Assembly (NCBI RefSeq): GCF_009914755.1
Contig: NC_060946.1
Length of the DNA: 64,000 nucleotides
Origin: the human T2T-CHM13v2.0 reference genome, Homo sapiens
Direction: 5' to 3' (one strand)
Under the pieces are notes generated by a model. It did no database searches and had not been told where the DNA came from. It saw nothing but the letters and a program-made list of their open reading frames with translations. Shown here piece by piece: positions 31,560 through 47,499 of this stretch (positions within the stretch are counted from its first letter, which is position 1; every line of letters begins with the position of its first letter). The translations under genes were made by a program, and so were the position numbers.

Positions 31560-31740
31560 GGCCTAAGAGTAGACACTTATTTTCTCACAGTTCTGAAGCT
31601 GGAGAGCCAAGATAAAGGTGTTTATAGGTTTGGTTTCCCCTGAGGCCTCTCTCCTTGGCTTGCAGGTTGCTGCCTCCTTGCTGTGTCCTCACATGGTCTT
31701 TCCTCTGCACACTCATTTCTGGTGTCTCACTTCTGCGAAT
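31560..31740 (-). mobile_element. MaLR LTR fragment (MLT1A/B-like)
   Basis: TTTCTCACAGTTCTGAAGCTGGAGAGCCAAGATAAAGGTG motif. Confidence 0.7.
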
Positions 31741-31769
31741 GCAAATTTTTATTAGGCTGGGTTAATAAT

Positions 31770-32066
31770 TTTTATATCAGCCTGGCAGATTCTATCACTG
31801 ATTTACTTGATTATCCTATTTACTTGATTATTAAACTCCTTCTCTGCTGAGGTCACCCATTGGTGAGCACTCGCATGGGATACAAATATCTTCACAGTTT
31901 TTGATCACTCAGAGGGATCCATCCACATAGCTCTTCCCCAAATTTCTTTGTCATCAATTTTCCAATCATGCTTCTTCCAAGTCCCTGATCATCCAACCAA
32001 ACCATTGGCTACAGCCTATGAATCAGTATAAAATTGCATATCTGGACATTTCTCCTTCCAGGCAGT
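31770..32066 (-). mobile_element. ERVL pol (RNase H) fragment, inverted
   Basis: The - strand gives AWKEKCPDM..YTDS*AVANGLVG*SGTWKKHDWKIDDKEIWGRAMWMD. Confidence 0.8.
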
Positions 32067-32638
32067 GCTGAGAAAAGTGGACATCCACATGCAGAACAAT
32101 GAAACTGGACCCATCTCTCTCCAAATAAAAAATCAGCCCAACAAGGATTACAAACCTAAGGATAAGACCTGAAGCTATAAAACAACTAGAAGGGAACATA
32201 GATAAAATTCTTCAGGACCTTGGGATACACAAAAATTTTTATGACTAAGACTTCAAAAGAACAGACAACAAAAATAAAAATAGACAAATGGGAGTTTATT
32301 CAACTAAAATGCTTCTGCAAAGCAAACAACAGATTGAAGACACCCTTAGAATGGGAGAAAGTATTCATGTGAATAGGTCCTAATATCCTGTTCATCTGAA
32401 AAGGCATAATATCCAGTGTAAGAATAGAGGACAAGGCTCTAAAATAACTGATTAGCATTAAAAAAAAAAAAAGTGGGCAAAGGACCTGAATAGACTTTTC
32501 TCTAAAGAAGACATACAAATGGCAAACAGGTATGTGAAAAAATGCTTAAGGTGACTAATAATCAGGGAAATGCTAACTAAAACCCAAATGAGATATCATC
32601 TCACCGCTGCTGGAATGACTATCATCAAAACATAACAA
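32066..32638 (+). mobile_element. L1M ORF2 3' fragment
   Basis: GCAGAACAATGAAACTGGACCC...AAGAAGACATACAAATGGCAAACAGG. Confidence 0.88.
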
Positions 32639-32985
<347 letters not shown>

Positions 32986-33659
32986 TCAACAGTCAGATCA
33001 AATGTTTTCTTTCAAGGAAACATTTTTGTTGGTTGTTTTTTCTAGTCTTGTTAGAGCATCACGCATGATAAGATTTGTGGTACAGAAGTTAGAGGGGATG
33101 TTGTTCCATGCAAAATATCTGAATATCCCATACCCAACTCTTCGGTTACTTACTGATAAATGCTAAAAGGTTACAATTTTGTATTTTCAAATATTCTGGT
33201 GGCCAGAAACCTCTTCCTTGACAAGTCTGGAGTACAGGTATCTGACTCCAGATGATTAGAATTTAGGCAGGTATTGTGTGAGCAGTGAGGTCACACACAG
33301 GAAACGTTCCAGTCAAAGAGAAAAACAGACGGAGGCTGAAACACAGAGATCATATGTCTGAGAAATAAGGAAATTCCATACTAATGGGAGCTGAGTGAGA
33401 ACAAGATATGAACCATCTATTTCTCTCTGAATATCTCATTGGGATCTTGTCCCTTTCCCAGCATACCACTCATGTGGATTTTAAAATTGTCTGCTCTTAA
33501 AACATTTCTTGCACATCATTAGAGAGTCCAGCACTGGAATCAAGCTCAGTTTGATGAGACCAGGGCAGTTAAGCACCAAACCCAGGTGTTCTTAGAAGGG
33601 CTTGTAGAAGACAAAGGTGTGTTGTCAAAAGCAGAGAAAGTGAGACTTTCCATTGTGGT

Positions 33660-33830
33660 TTAAACCACAGCTTCTGGAATTTCATTGGGCACACAAATCC
33701 CCTGAGGATTCTGGTTAAGATACAGCTGTGCCCTCAGCACATCTGGGTATGGCCCCAGATTCTCCATGTCTAGCAGCTTCCAGGTGAGGCTGATGCTGCT
33801 GGTCCTCCAAGGACATTTTGAGTGGCTTAG
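33660..33830. mobile_element. MER5-like hAT DNA transposon fragment
   Basis: CTTCCAGGTGAGGCTGATGCTGCTGGTCC...TTTGAG motif. Confidence 0.6.
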
Positions 33831-33918
33831 CTCCTATTCACCCTCCTCACGCAGGCACAGGTAAGACTCACCTAATGAAGAAACCTGAGAAGCACAGGTG
33901 AACTCTCCCTCCCCTCCT

Positions 33919-34130
33919 GGTGTCTTAGTACCTTTTGTGTTGCTATAAAGGAATACCTGAAGCTGGATAGTTTGTAAAGAAAAAAAAGGGTTTATTGGGG
34001 TCATGCTTCTGATGGCTGGAAAGATCAAGATTGGGTATCTGCGTCTAGTGAGGGCCTCAGGCTGTCTCCACTCATGATAGAAGGTGAAGGGAAGCCGGTC
34101 TGTGCAGAGATCACTGGGAGAGAGAAAGCA
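33919..34130 (-). mobile_element. MSTB-like MaLR LTR fragment
   Basis: TGTCTTAGT...GTTGCTATAAAGGAATACCTGAAGCTGG. Confidence 0.75.
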
Positions 34131-34879
34131 AGCTTTTTTTCCTAACAAAGCTGCAGGGATGTAATTGAGTCATATTCATAAAGTGCTCAATACAGGGCGT
34201 AACATATTCAAGTGCTCCTTAGTGGACAGCAATTATTACTGACCTTGCTCATGAAAATTAGACCTCAGATGGAGGAAAGGCAGTGCCGAGGGTTTTAGAT
34301 TGTTCGAAATAAGAGAGATTAAAATGATTTAAAATAGAGGCCCAGGAGCTGAGGCAAGCATCCCCAGGTGTTCTCCTGCCAACTCCCCCCATGTCTCAGA
34401 AGCTGTTTTCAGGCAAGTCAGCCAGGGAGGAAAGTGGGGGAGTTTGTAGAACCAAGGATTGCAACTTCATCCATGAGGAGGAGGTGTAGCCAGCCAGGTG
34501 GGGAGAGGCTGCTAAGCTCATCTGAAGGCTGTTGAAGGCTTTCTGGCCCCATGGTCCTGGGCCATCCCTCCCTGCCCAGGGCCGCATTCCTCAGCTGACA
34601 GCCACAACCTTGAGAGAGGCCTGTGAGTCTGATCAGAAATCCTGCCAGGGCCCCGAGGGGGCAGGCATGGAAGGGAGGTGTCTAAGGTCACAGGAGACAC
34701 TATTTGCTGCCTGTGGGGCTGGGACAGGCTCCTTGAGAGGAAATTCGGGCACTGTACGGGAGGAAAACACAGGACAGGGAGGCCTCTCCCCAAAGGATTG
34801 TGATGATAGAGACCAAAGCATCTGCAAAGAGCCCAGCCCTACAGGGGATTCTCTGAACACAGCATTCCTCGGGGCGTCT

Positions 34880-35650
<771 letters not shown>

Positions 35651-37771
35651 GAGCCTACAATGTAAATTTGTAACATTGTCTCTGTCATGGGCCAGCTGTC
35701 AATATTCCCTGAATATCCAGGATCCACCCATGCTCTCTGGCCATCACCAGAGTGAGCAAATCCCTGACACATGGATAAGAGTTGCTTCCATGGGCTCCCA
35801 GCCAGGCTGGAAATTCTTGATTCATGGAATCAAGAATCTTTCTCCAGTGGGTGGGGCTAAATGCAGCTGCCTCCCTGACAGTCTCCCTGGGACACTAGGC
35901 TTATCAGCTTTTCTCCTAAAGCTGCAGGTCCTGACTGTCCTGAGCCCCAGCTCTGCTGTGGTCTTTGCATCTTAAGATCTTATTCAACTCGCTTTTGTGC
36001 CTCAGTGGACTGACTTACAGGAAAACAGTGGGAGATGCCCCTGCTCTCTCTCCCCAGGGTCTCCTCCCCTCAGTGGCACAAGACCTGCCCTATTGACTGG
36101 CAGTCCCCCCATGCCCATCTCAACCTCCACACTGCCCACTGTGCACGGTCACAGGTCACAAACTGATTGTTCACTTTGGGCAGATCACCTTGACAGTTTC
36201 TGCAGAACTGGGTGCTTCTTCCCAGAATCAGGAATTTACAAACAAGGCCAGTTCTAGAGATGCAACTGGGAGAGTAATGTGCATCACAGCGAATCTGGAC
36301 AAGACAAAGTGGTTTTGCTGTAGTTCTCCTGGAACACATTCTGGTGATGTGTCCATCTCCCAGGATAGTCTTAGCAAGTTACATCCAATGCTGCATCAGG
36401 ACCCACAAGAAAAGGAACTGGCCTGCATGAGTGGCCGGCAGGGTCCTGGGAGGAGACCCTGAGATGCCCAGTGACAGGAGGAGTGGATTCTTAGGTTGGT
36501 AAGCGTGTGGAGGAACTGCGAGTGATGTGCTCAGCCAGGTACAGGAGCAGGCGTATTGGTGACCTGTGGCCTCATCTTATCTCAGTTGTCTCTTTAGACC
36601 AAACTCCAGGAAATCAGCACATAGAGACTTCTGTCTGTCTCCGAGATCATCGCAGGACTTCACACGTCTTTTCTATTTATAATACAACATCATGTTGTGA
36701 TTGAATTACTTTCATCACAGCCTCAACAGTCCTAGGTCTGAAAACTAATACATATACTTAGAATATTAATTAAGGAATACTTTCTTGTCAATTATGTTTA
36801 TTAAATTAAAAGACTTCAGTATCTAGTGTTACAGCTGTCCTAATTCAACAGCCTTGACCTTCTTAGAAATAAAATCCTGATCCCAAATTTTTCTGGGGAT
36901 ATGACTGGCACAAGGAGCCAAGCAGACATCTGGATGTCCCAGTGTCACTGCTGACATGTGCTTTTTTGTTATCTGTCATGGGGTGAACAGAGGAAGTGTC
37001 CCTACCTCTGTCCACAGAACCCATCAAAGACAGTGCACCTGATTAAAGAAGAGAGGGTTGTGATCAGAGGGGTCCGGGGTCCTGGGATGAGGTGGGAGGA
37101 GGAGACTCATGGGAAGAAAGGAAGCAGGGCAGGAAGAAGCTGAAGTTCAGGCTCTGAGGTGCATCTCCTGCATGGAATCTTGACTCCACTCACTTCTGTC
37201 ATTGTGTAATCTTTCAATGTTGGTTCTGTCATCAGTAAACTTGAGGAGAGGTTATGCCATAAGCATAGGGCTGAGGAAGGGTTATTATAAATATCCAGTC
37301 ATGGTTGTGCCTATAAAACACTCACCAAAGACTCTGAATATATTAAGGTCTCATAAGTAGTTGTTTTGCATAATCTAGTGATACATGGAGGATGGCATTC
37401 CTCCTGTGGACAGCAGGAGGCACTGTGGGTGTATTGTTTGGGGATGCTAATAGCTCCAAGTCCCCCAGTAGAGCTCACGTGCAAAGGGTGTGACTGATGT
37501 TTCCTTTCAGGTCCAGTCTTTTTGAGTACAATCCACTCTCCACTCCTGACACCCACTTGGCCCTTCTCCTGCCTTTGAGAAATGACTACCCTGAGGCCAT
37601 CAGCTCCAGGGCTCAGCTATGAGCTCAGACAGACACGCTTGGGAATAGAGAACAGATTTGGATTCAATGCTCCTTCCTTCTTGAGCTTCAAGAAGAGGAT
37701 AAGATAGGAGCTGGTTGTGTCCAGGCTCCACTGGGCAGCCTCGATCAGAGCTCTCGGAAGTGCCTCCCACC

Positions 37772-38276
37772 ACGGCCTGTGTCTCCTTCTACCTCCTGCC
37801 CTTCATATTCTCCACAGGTTGGAGCATCCAGAGAATTCAGGGAAACCCTTTCACTGCTATTTCCCCCCAGCACTGGTCCTCAGTGGCATTCTTTCCAGTT
37901 CTCCTGTGCATTCAGCATCATTCATGAAATTATATGTTTCCAGGTCTCTGTGCTCTGTCTGTGCTGACCCAGCCCCCGTCTGCATCTGCCTGGCTGTGAG
38001 CCTCAGCCAAGGTCACCTACACCAGTGAATAGTATCAACAGAGACCAAGGAGGTCCCCCTAGTGTATAATGGAGGTTAAGAGTAATGGCAGCAACAGCAA
38101 GGGGAACAGGATCCCCAGTCACTTATTGGGCTCCAGCCCTGGGGCTGAATGCTACTTAATTATCTTCAACCTCCAATCTGAGGATGAGGCCGAGTATCAC
38201 TGTGGAGAGAGCCACATGTTTGATGGTGAGGATGGGTGAGCCACAGTGACACAGACCAAGAAGTGAGGCCAAAACA
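37772..38276 (+). pseudogene. IGLV4-3-like V pseudogene (leader 37772-37817 with ACG start, V exon 37944-38241, degenerate RSS)
   Basis: Leader TACVSFYLLPFIFSTG. V exon [101 protein letters not shown] at 38242-38248, 19-nt spacer, GCCAAAACA. Degenerate octamer ATTTGGAT at 37656-37663. Confidence 0.92.
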
Positions 38277-39065
38277 TACCCCCTCCCCTTCCTCTTCAAG
38301 GACTGAGAGTGAGAAGCCCTATGTCATCTCCATTGACCCTGAGAATGTTGACTCTCCCCCTTTCAAATTTCATCATCCCAGATGTCCTCCCTCAAGACAC
38401 CCTTAGGCAGAGGCAGATGCAGGCCATGATTGAGGCCATTTTGATAAGTCATCAATCTGTTTCCACCACACCAGCCTGTGGGGACTACACTGGGAGAGAC
38501 CAGAACAGCCCAGGCAGGAAAACGGCCCTGAGAGAGGGGTCGGGCTGAGATGACTGCATCCAGTGAGTGCCATTGCACCCTGCACCCCTGCCTCAGGGGA
38601 CTGTCATGGGGCTCTGCCTGAGGAGGCAACATGGATCTTGACATGTCCCCAGCCATTTATGAGAACTGTAGTTGTGTGCATCCTCATTAACACTCAATAT
38701 TATTGTCAGTTTTTGTTTAAAGCCACTCTAATAGATCTGTAGCGATTCTTATTAATTTTTTAACTTGTATTTTCTTAGCAACATCAGGCTGAGCATCTTT
38801 TCAGGTGCTTGTTATCTGTATATCTTCTTTGGTGAAAAGCTTAATCAAATCTTGGTCTATTTTTAAAATTCACTTTTCCCCATATTCCCCTTCATGCAGT
38901 ATTTTTCAAAAATGGTGAATAAATGAAAGTTTTGCTGACATTTAAAAACTCACAGAATTGTTCACCACCAGACTGTTGCTATTAGAAGGGTAAAGGATAT
39001 CCCTAGACAGAAGGAAAGTGATGTCACATTGAAATGTGAATTTACACAAAAAAGTGAAAACATCA

Positions 39066-39235
39066 GGCTGGGCCCAGTGGCTCATGTCTGTAATTTCAGC
39101 ACTTTGGGAGACTGAGGCAGGAGTATTGCTTGAGCACAGGAGTTTGAGGCTGATGTGAGGTATGATCATACCACTGCAGTCCAGCCTGGGCAACATATTA
39201 AGAATCTGTCTCTATTAAAAAAAAAAAAAGGAAAT
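39066..39235 (+). mobile_element. Short AluJ/FRAM-like element
   Basis: Monomer-length Alu match with A tail. Confidence 0.8.
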
Positions 39236-39552
39236 AAAAAAATTAAATATCAGGTACAGTAACTACATAGATACTTGTGAAAACCTCTGTATTATGTTAA
39301 TGCCAATAAAATACAGTTCACTGATCAAAGATAAATTAATAAAATACATTGTGATTTATAATGAAAATAAAGGCAAATTATATGACAAAGACAGCACAAA
39401 ATCTGTGGTGGGTGAAGAACATGTTATCAAGGTCTCATATGGGAATGTGTAACAACTGCAGGTAGATTTTCATAAGATCTCTATATACATAAACCTTAAA
39501 GTAGTCATTAAATCAAACCTTTTGATCAAAAAAGAATTAGAGCGAATAAGCT

Positions 39553-40335
39553 ACATTAGGGTTATCCACAGAAACAAAATTGGTAAGATATATATGTGTG
39601 TATAACATACATATGTGTATATACACATGCATGTATGTGAGCATATCGAGAGAGAGAGAGAAACTTAAAAGAAGAAATTGGTTCATAGGATTGTCCTGTC
39701 TGACAAGGATAAAAATCTCTTGGGCAGGCTGAAGGCTGGAAATGCAGGTAAGAGTTGATGTTGCGTCCTGAGCCTGAATTCAGCAATACAGGACTTAAGA
39801 AATCCTCACTCTTTGCTCTAAACACCTAAACACTTTCTTTTTTTTTTTTTTTTTTTTTGTGAGACAGAGTCTCACTCTGTCACCCAGGCTGGGTTACAGT
39901 GGTGTGATCTCAGCTCACTGCAATCGCCACCTCCCAGCTTCAAGTGATTCTTGTGCCTCATCCTCCCAGGTAGCTGGGATTACAGGTGTGCACCATCACA
40001 TCCACCTAATTTTTGTATTTTTAGTAGAGACCGGCTTTCTCCATGATGACCAGGCTGGTCTCGAACTCCTGGCCTCAAGTGATCCTCCTGCCTCCTTGGC
40101 CTCCCAAAGTGCTGGGATTACAGGTGTGAGCCACCAGGCCTGGCCTGCTCTATACACTTTCTACTCATGAATGAGGCCCACCGCATTGTGATGAGTAATC
40201 TGCTTATACAAAGTCTACTGAGTTAAATGTGAGTCACATCTGGAAAATATCTTCACATAAACTTCTATGTTTGTACTGGACAAAATCAACCTGGAACCAC
40301 ATCCTAGTCAATGTGCCACTTAAAATTAACCATCA
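39553..40335 (-). mobile_element. MLT2-type ERVL LTR interrupted by an antisense Alu (39834-40145)
   Basis: ATTAGGGTTATCCACAGAAAC ... ATGAGGCCCACC ... AAAATTAACCATCAC. Confidence 0.75.
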
Positions 40336-40439
40336 CTTAAGCCGGCATGAAGATAGAAAGGAACCATTTTTTAAAGCAATCAAAAACAGAGACAGAGAAA
40401 GGGAAAGAAAAACAAGGAACATATCCATAGATTGTATTT

Positions 40440-41120
40440 TTTAAGTCACTTTTTGAGGTTTTCTGTTGTTTTCCTGTTTTCTATTTCATTGATATTTGGC
40501 TCTTAACTATATTAATACCTTTTCTCTATTTAAATTGAATTTCAATGCTCTCCTTTTCCTTAGATTTATGAGGTAGAACCTTAGTTTATTTTAGATCTTG
40601 CTTCTTTCCACTGCCAAACATTCAATCCAATAGATTTATTTAAAACTACTTACTTATATCTATTTTTTAAATTTTAATACATTTGTTTTTGTGTTTTAAA
40701 AGTTCAGTATTTTCTAATTTTGTTGTGATTTTTTTCTTTGACTTATGAAATATGTAGTTTTATCTTCTTTCATTTCCAAAAAATTGAAGATTTACCACAG
40801 TTCATCATGTATCAATTCCATTTAATTAGTTAATTCTGCATTAAATCATACCTTGCATGAGCTTCATATTTTCAAATTTGTTAACATTTGTTTTGTGGCC
40901 TAGAATAGGAAGTATCATGAAAAATGTTCCCTGTGTATTTGAAATAGCAATGTTTATTCTGCTGCTGTGGGTATAGTTTTCTACGAATTCAATTAGCCTA
41001 AGTTGGCTAATAGTTCAAATATATATTCTTACTGTTTTTTTGTGTATTTATTTTGTAGGTCTGTGAGAGAGAGCTATTGAAATGAACAACACTAATTGTA
41101 GAATTTCCCATTGCTTCTTT
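40440..41120 (-). mobile_element. Old L1M ORF2 fragment
   Basis: T-rich, with TTTGTTTTGTGGCCTAG...AATGTTCCCTGTGTATTTGA...TATTCTGCTG. Confidence 0.7.
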
Positions 41121-41599
41121 TGAGAGAGGAAAATTTCCAGTCATGGTTCTTAATACTTTATTCTCCTGACAAAAGGTCACCTATGATTTTCCAACACTAA
41201 TCAAGGAAAAAAAAAAGGCAGAGTTAAAGCCACACTCATGGATGCCACGGGAGCAGTGGGTGACCACATGATGTCCCTCCACTGGTTCAGTAGATTTAGC
41301 GAGACATTATATTTTGGCTTTTAAAAATCATAAATCTGGCTAAGACATCCATGAACAAATTTGAAGACATACACATTGAATAAAATATGAAAATTAAAAG
41401 AAAGGTAACTGCATACGTAAAACATTGCTATCACAGCACCTGACTCATGGGAAATGGATAAAAAGTATTATAAATTCAATTACATTTACTTACACATTAA
41501 ACAAATATGAATTTAAACCAGTTCACTAAACTGTCTCATATACTGTTTAGGTGATGGAGATTTATTGGTGCACAAAAAAGACAAGAATACCTGCTCTCA

Positions 41600-44220
<2,621 letters not shown>

Positions 44221-45024
44221 GGAACAACTGGACTTGCCACAACTTTTCTTTGTTATCCTGGGCATTAGTTCTCTTGGCCTCAATTTTATCTTTAAAACTG
44301 GGAGGCTTATACTGCAGTTGAGAAAAAGACACAAAAAGAACCTGTTAGTTAAAGATGGAATAAGTGAATCTCAGAGGGTGGACACAGGTTGGTGAGGTCC
44401 TGTCCATCTCTGGGGGCATTTTTCTGGAGTGTGGGAAAGCATGTTCCCAGATGTGTTAGCAAGATACTCGCAATTTTCTCAAAACAACAGACAAGGATAG
44501 TGTAGAAATCCTCCCACCACAAATTGTGAACAGTGTGTGATGAAATAAAAATAACAGTCATAGAAAAAGATGGCGATGATGATGATAATGACTTAAGTAC
44601 ACAACTAAGGTTTAGTGATAGAAACATCAGGTGTTCCCAAATTCAATGCAGCTTTTCTTATAAAATGGGGGCACCAGTCTTAGTTCCCATATATTTAGGA
44701 ATTGAGGGTCCCCATGAGGTGTCGCTGCATTTCTCTGGGCTTTTATGTTTATCACAGAAGAGCTACAGCTTACCCTGCACTCTCCAGCCCGCAATCAAAA
44801 ATCATGGACCAAAGAACAACATTTCAGCACAAGACTCCATTATGGGAATTGAATCTGCCCACCCTCCCGAAACCATATACACCTTTCTGTGCTGACATGA
44901 GAAAACCACAGTGGATCACACTGGCTCAAAGTGAGGCTGGACTCCTTTGTCCCCAACCTCCCAGATGACAGGTGCTGTGGGGTCACCCGGAGGAGAAAAG
45001 CTCTCCTAGGCTCAGTCTTGTCCA

Positions 45025-45038
45025 CCAGCAGGGGGCAG
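45025..45038 (+). promoter_or_regulatory. Candidate CTCF site CCAGCAGGGGGCAG, 1.6 kb upstream of IGLV3-10
   Basis: Matches the CTCF core consensus. Confidence 0.65.
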
Positions 45039-46545
45039 CAGAGCTGCAGCCAGGAGCAGCCAGAGGCTGGGGCTGCCCAGGTGGAGCCTAAGGGGTAGGC
45101 AGCCCTGGGAGGTCTACAGGTGTCCAAGGTTCAGTCCTAGGATTGGAAGTCAGGACAGTCCATCCTATTGCTTCTGGTTACAGCGACCATGTTCTGAGGG
45201 TCAGACTCAAACAGCATCACCCAGGACACCGACAGGAGCCGGGGCACAATGAGAGCCTCACCTGGGAAATGCAGCTGGAGGCACCTGGGCCCAGATGTCA
45301 GCCTGGGCAGCTCCCACAGTGCTGGAATTCCCTGGAAGATGCCCCAAGGTTGAGGTGCTCTAGGAGGGGGCCCAGTGGGAGAGGATGGGGCTCCCAGGGC
45401 TCAAGTCCTTCACCCAGGATGGCCATCTGAGCATCCTGCCACTCTCGGGGCCTCGCCCCTCCCTCTCCAGCAGTGTCCTGGGGAGCTGAACCCTGTCCCA
45501 GGCACTTCCAGGGACGCCTGACCCCTCCTCCCTCTGCCTCTCCTTCCAGCTCGAGACTGACTCTGACTCATGGGGCAGCTCCTGTGCGCAGGGGAGTCTC
45601 AGGTGGGTGGGGCGGCACATTCAGGGCCCCGGTTCCTGGGTGGGGCTTCCCGGGCCTCCTAGAGGAGATGCTCTCCAGAGGGAAGGGGGTTCTCACCTGA
45701 TTCAGGCCAGAGCTCTGACCACAAGGCTGTCCTTGGCTCAGTGACAAGAGTCTGCTGCATTGCAGAGACCAGGGACCACCCACCATCCAGAGCTCACACT
45801 CTGTGCAAAGGCTGTGTCCCTGGGATATTTGCAGAGACCACCAGGCCTAAAGTTGAATTTCCCATCAATATTTCATGTAAACTTGTAAAAAGCACCAGAA
45901 AAACACACTGGACTGAGAACCCCGATGCTTTTCTGGGGCCTTTTACAAGTTTACACAAAATACTCATAGGAAAAAATAAATAAATAATGGAAGAGCTGAG
46001 GATGGCAATGGCTGATCTATGTGGGGATGGGGGATGGCCTAAAAGGAGCGGCACCATGGCTGAAATGAGAGCAGACGTCCAGATGATGCCACAAGGGTGT
46101 GTGGTTGCGTAAATGAACCACCTACTCCTACTGAAATAATTAACAAGTATCCTGACGACACAGTACGTTATTTAGATGAAATGACCAGGATGGGACTAAG
46201 TAATGCTGGGGGACCCAGAGAGGAGGGGGAATATGGTGGGTTCTTGGTCCACCTGCTGCTGAGTCAGGTTTCATCAATGATCTCTCAGCAGGGCCAAACT
46301 CAGCCCCAAGCCAGGTTTCTAGAAGGCCCGCAGCCCTGCTGAGCCTGGCCCAGGACAGACCACAGGTCAGAGAGGTTTGGGACAGTGGTCATATGGCCAG
46401 TCCCCAGGAAGGTGACTGTGATCACAGGCCTCAGAGGTCGAGGCTAATTTTCTGACCAAAGACCCAACTCCTTCTTCAGTCACCTGTGCTGCCCCCACAG
46501 CTAGTTTGAGTGACATCTTTCAATGAGGAGTCCCAGAGGATAGAA

Positions 46546-46598
46546 ATTTGCATGAACACCAAGCACTTACTGCCCCATAGGGCCTGGGAAGGAATAAG
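46546..46598 (+). promoter_or_regulatory. IGLV3-10 promoter: octamer ATTTGCAT (46546-46553) and AATAAG box
   Basis: Consensus octamer about 110 nt upstream of the ATG. Confidence 0.9.
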
Positions 46599-46659
46599 AG
46601 AGGCCTGGGGAGCCCAGCTGTGCTGTGGGCTCAGGAGGCAGAGCTCTGGGAATCTCACC

Positions 46660-47159
46660 ATGGCCTGGACCCCTCTCCTGCTCCCCCTCCTCACTTTCTG
46701 CACAGGTGCTTCTCCCAGGCCCTGCCCCAGGCTCAGTGCCCATAGACCCCAAGTTGGCCCTGCCCTGAACCCTGTGCAAAGCCCAGACACAGTCTTAGGG
46801 TAGGACCCCTGGGAATGGGCTCTTGATCTTCAAGCCCCCTCTCCTGTTTTCCTTGCAGTCTCTGAGGCCTCCTATGAGCTGACACAGCCACCCTCGGTGT
46901 CAGTGTCCCCAGGACAAACGGCCAGGATCACCTGCTCTGGAGATGCATTGCCAAAAAAATATGCTTATTGGTACCAGCAGAAGTCAGGCCAGGCCCCTGT
47001 GCTGGTCATCTATGAGGACAGCAAACGACCCTCCGGGATCCCTGAGAGATTCTCTGGCTCCAGCTCAGGGACAATGGCCACCTTGACTATCAGTGGGGCC
47101 CAGGTGGAGGATGAAGCTGACTACTACTGTTACTCAACAGACAGCAGTGGTAATCATAG
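46660..47159 (+). CDS. IGLV3-10: Ig lambda variable gene segment IGLV3-10 (leader 46660-46705, V exon 46859-47159)
   Basis: [15 protein letters not shown] / [100 protein letters not shown]. Confidence 0.98.
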
Positions 47160-47198
47160 CACAGTGACACTGGCAGATGGGGAAGTGAGACACAAACC
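47160..47198 (+). other. 23-RSS of IGLV3-10 (CACAGTG-23-ACACAAACC)
   Basis: Directly follows the V exon. Confidence 0.95.
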
Positions 47199-47499
47199 CC
47201 TTCTTCATCTATTTTACCCTCTCCCTCCAGCCCCAGGACCGCTGTGGACCAACCCATAAGCAGGTCTGGCAGAATTCACCTGGTTAGGAGATCCTTAAGC
47301 TGCTTTTCCCTCCACTCCTCTAGGCAGACTTTGCAGGAATGAGTCAGGAGTGGATTTGGGCCTGGCAGGGCCAGACTGCCCTGTGTTTCCTTGCCCACGG
47401 TTTGAGTTGTGAATGGAGAGTATGAGTGGAAAGACAGACACAGCGGGACATCCATGCAGGCATGAACAGCCCAGAGCGACAGGGGAAACTTTCAGCTCT

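Noticed and set aside
36000-36700. Unique-looking sequence with several overlapping short ORFs
   Set aside because: No recognisable motif or family in the frames I examined.
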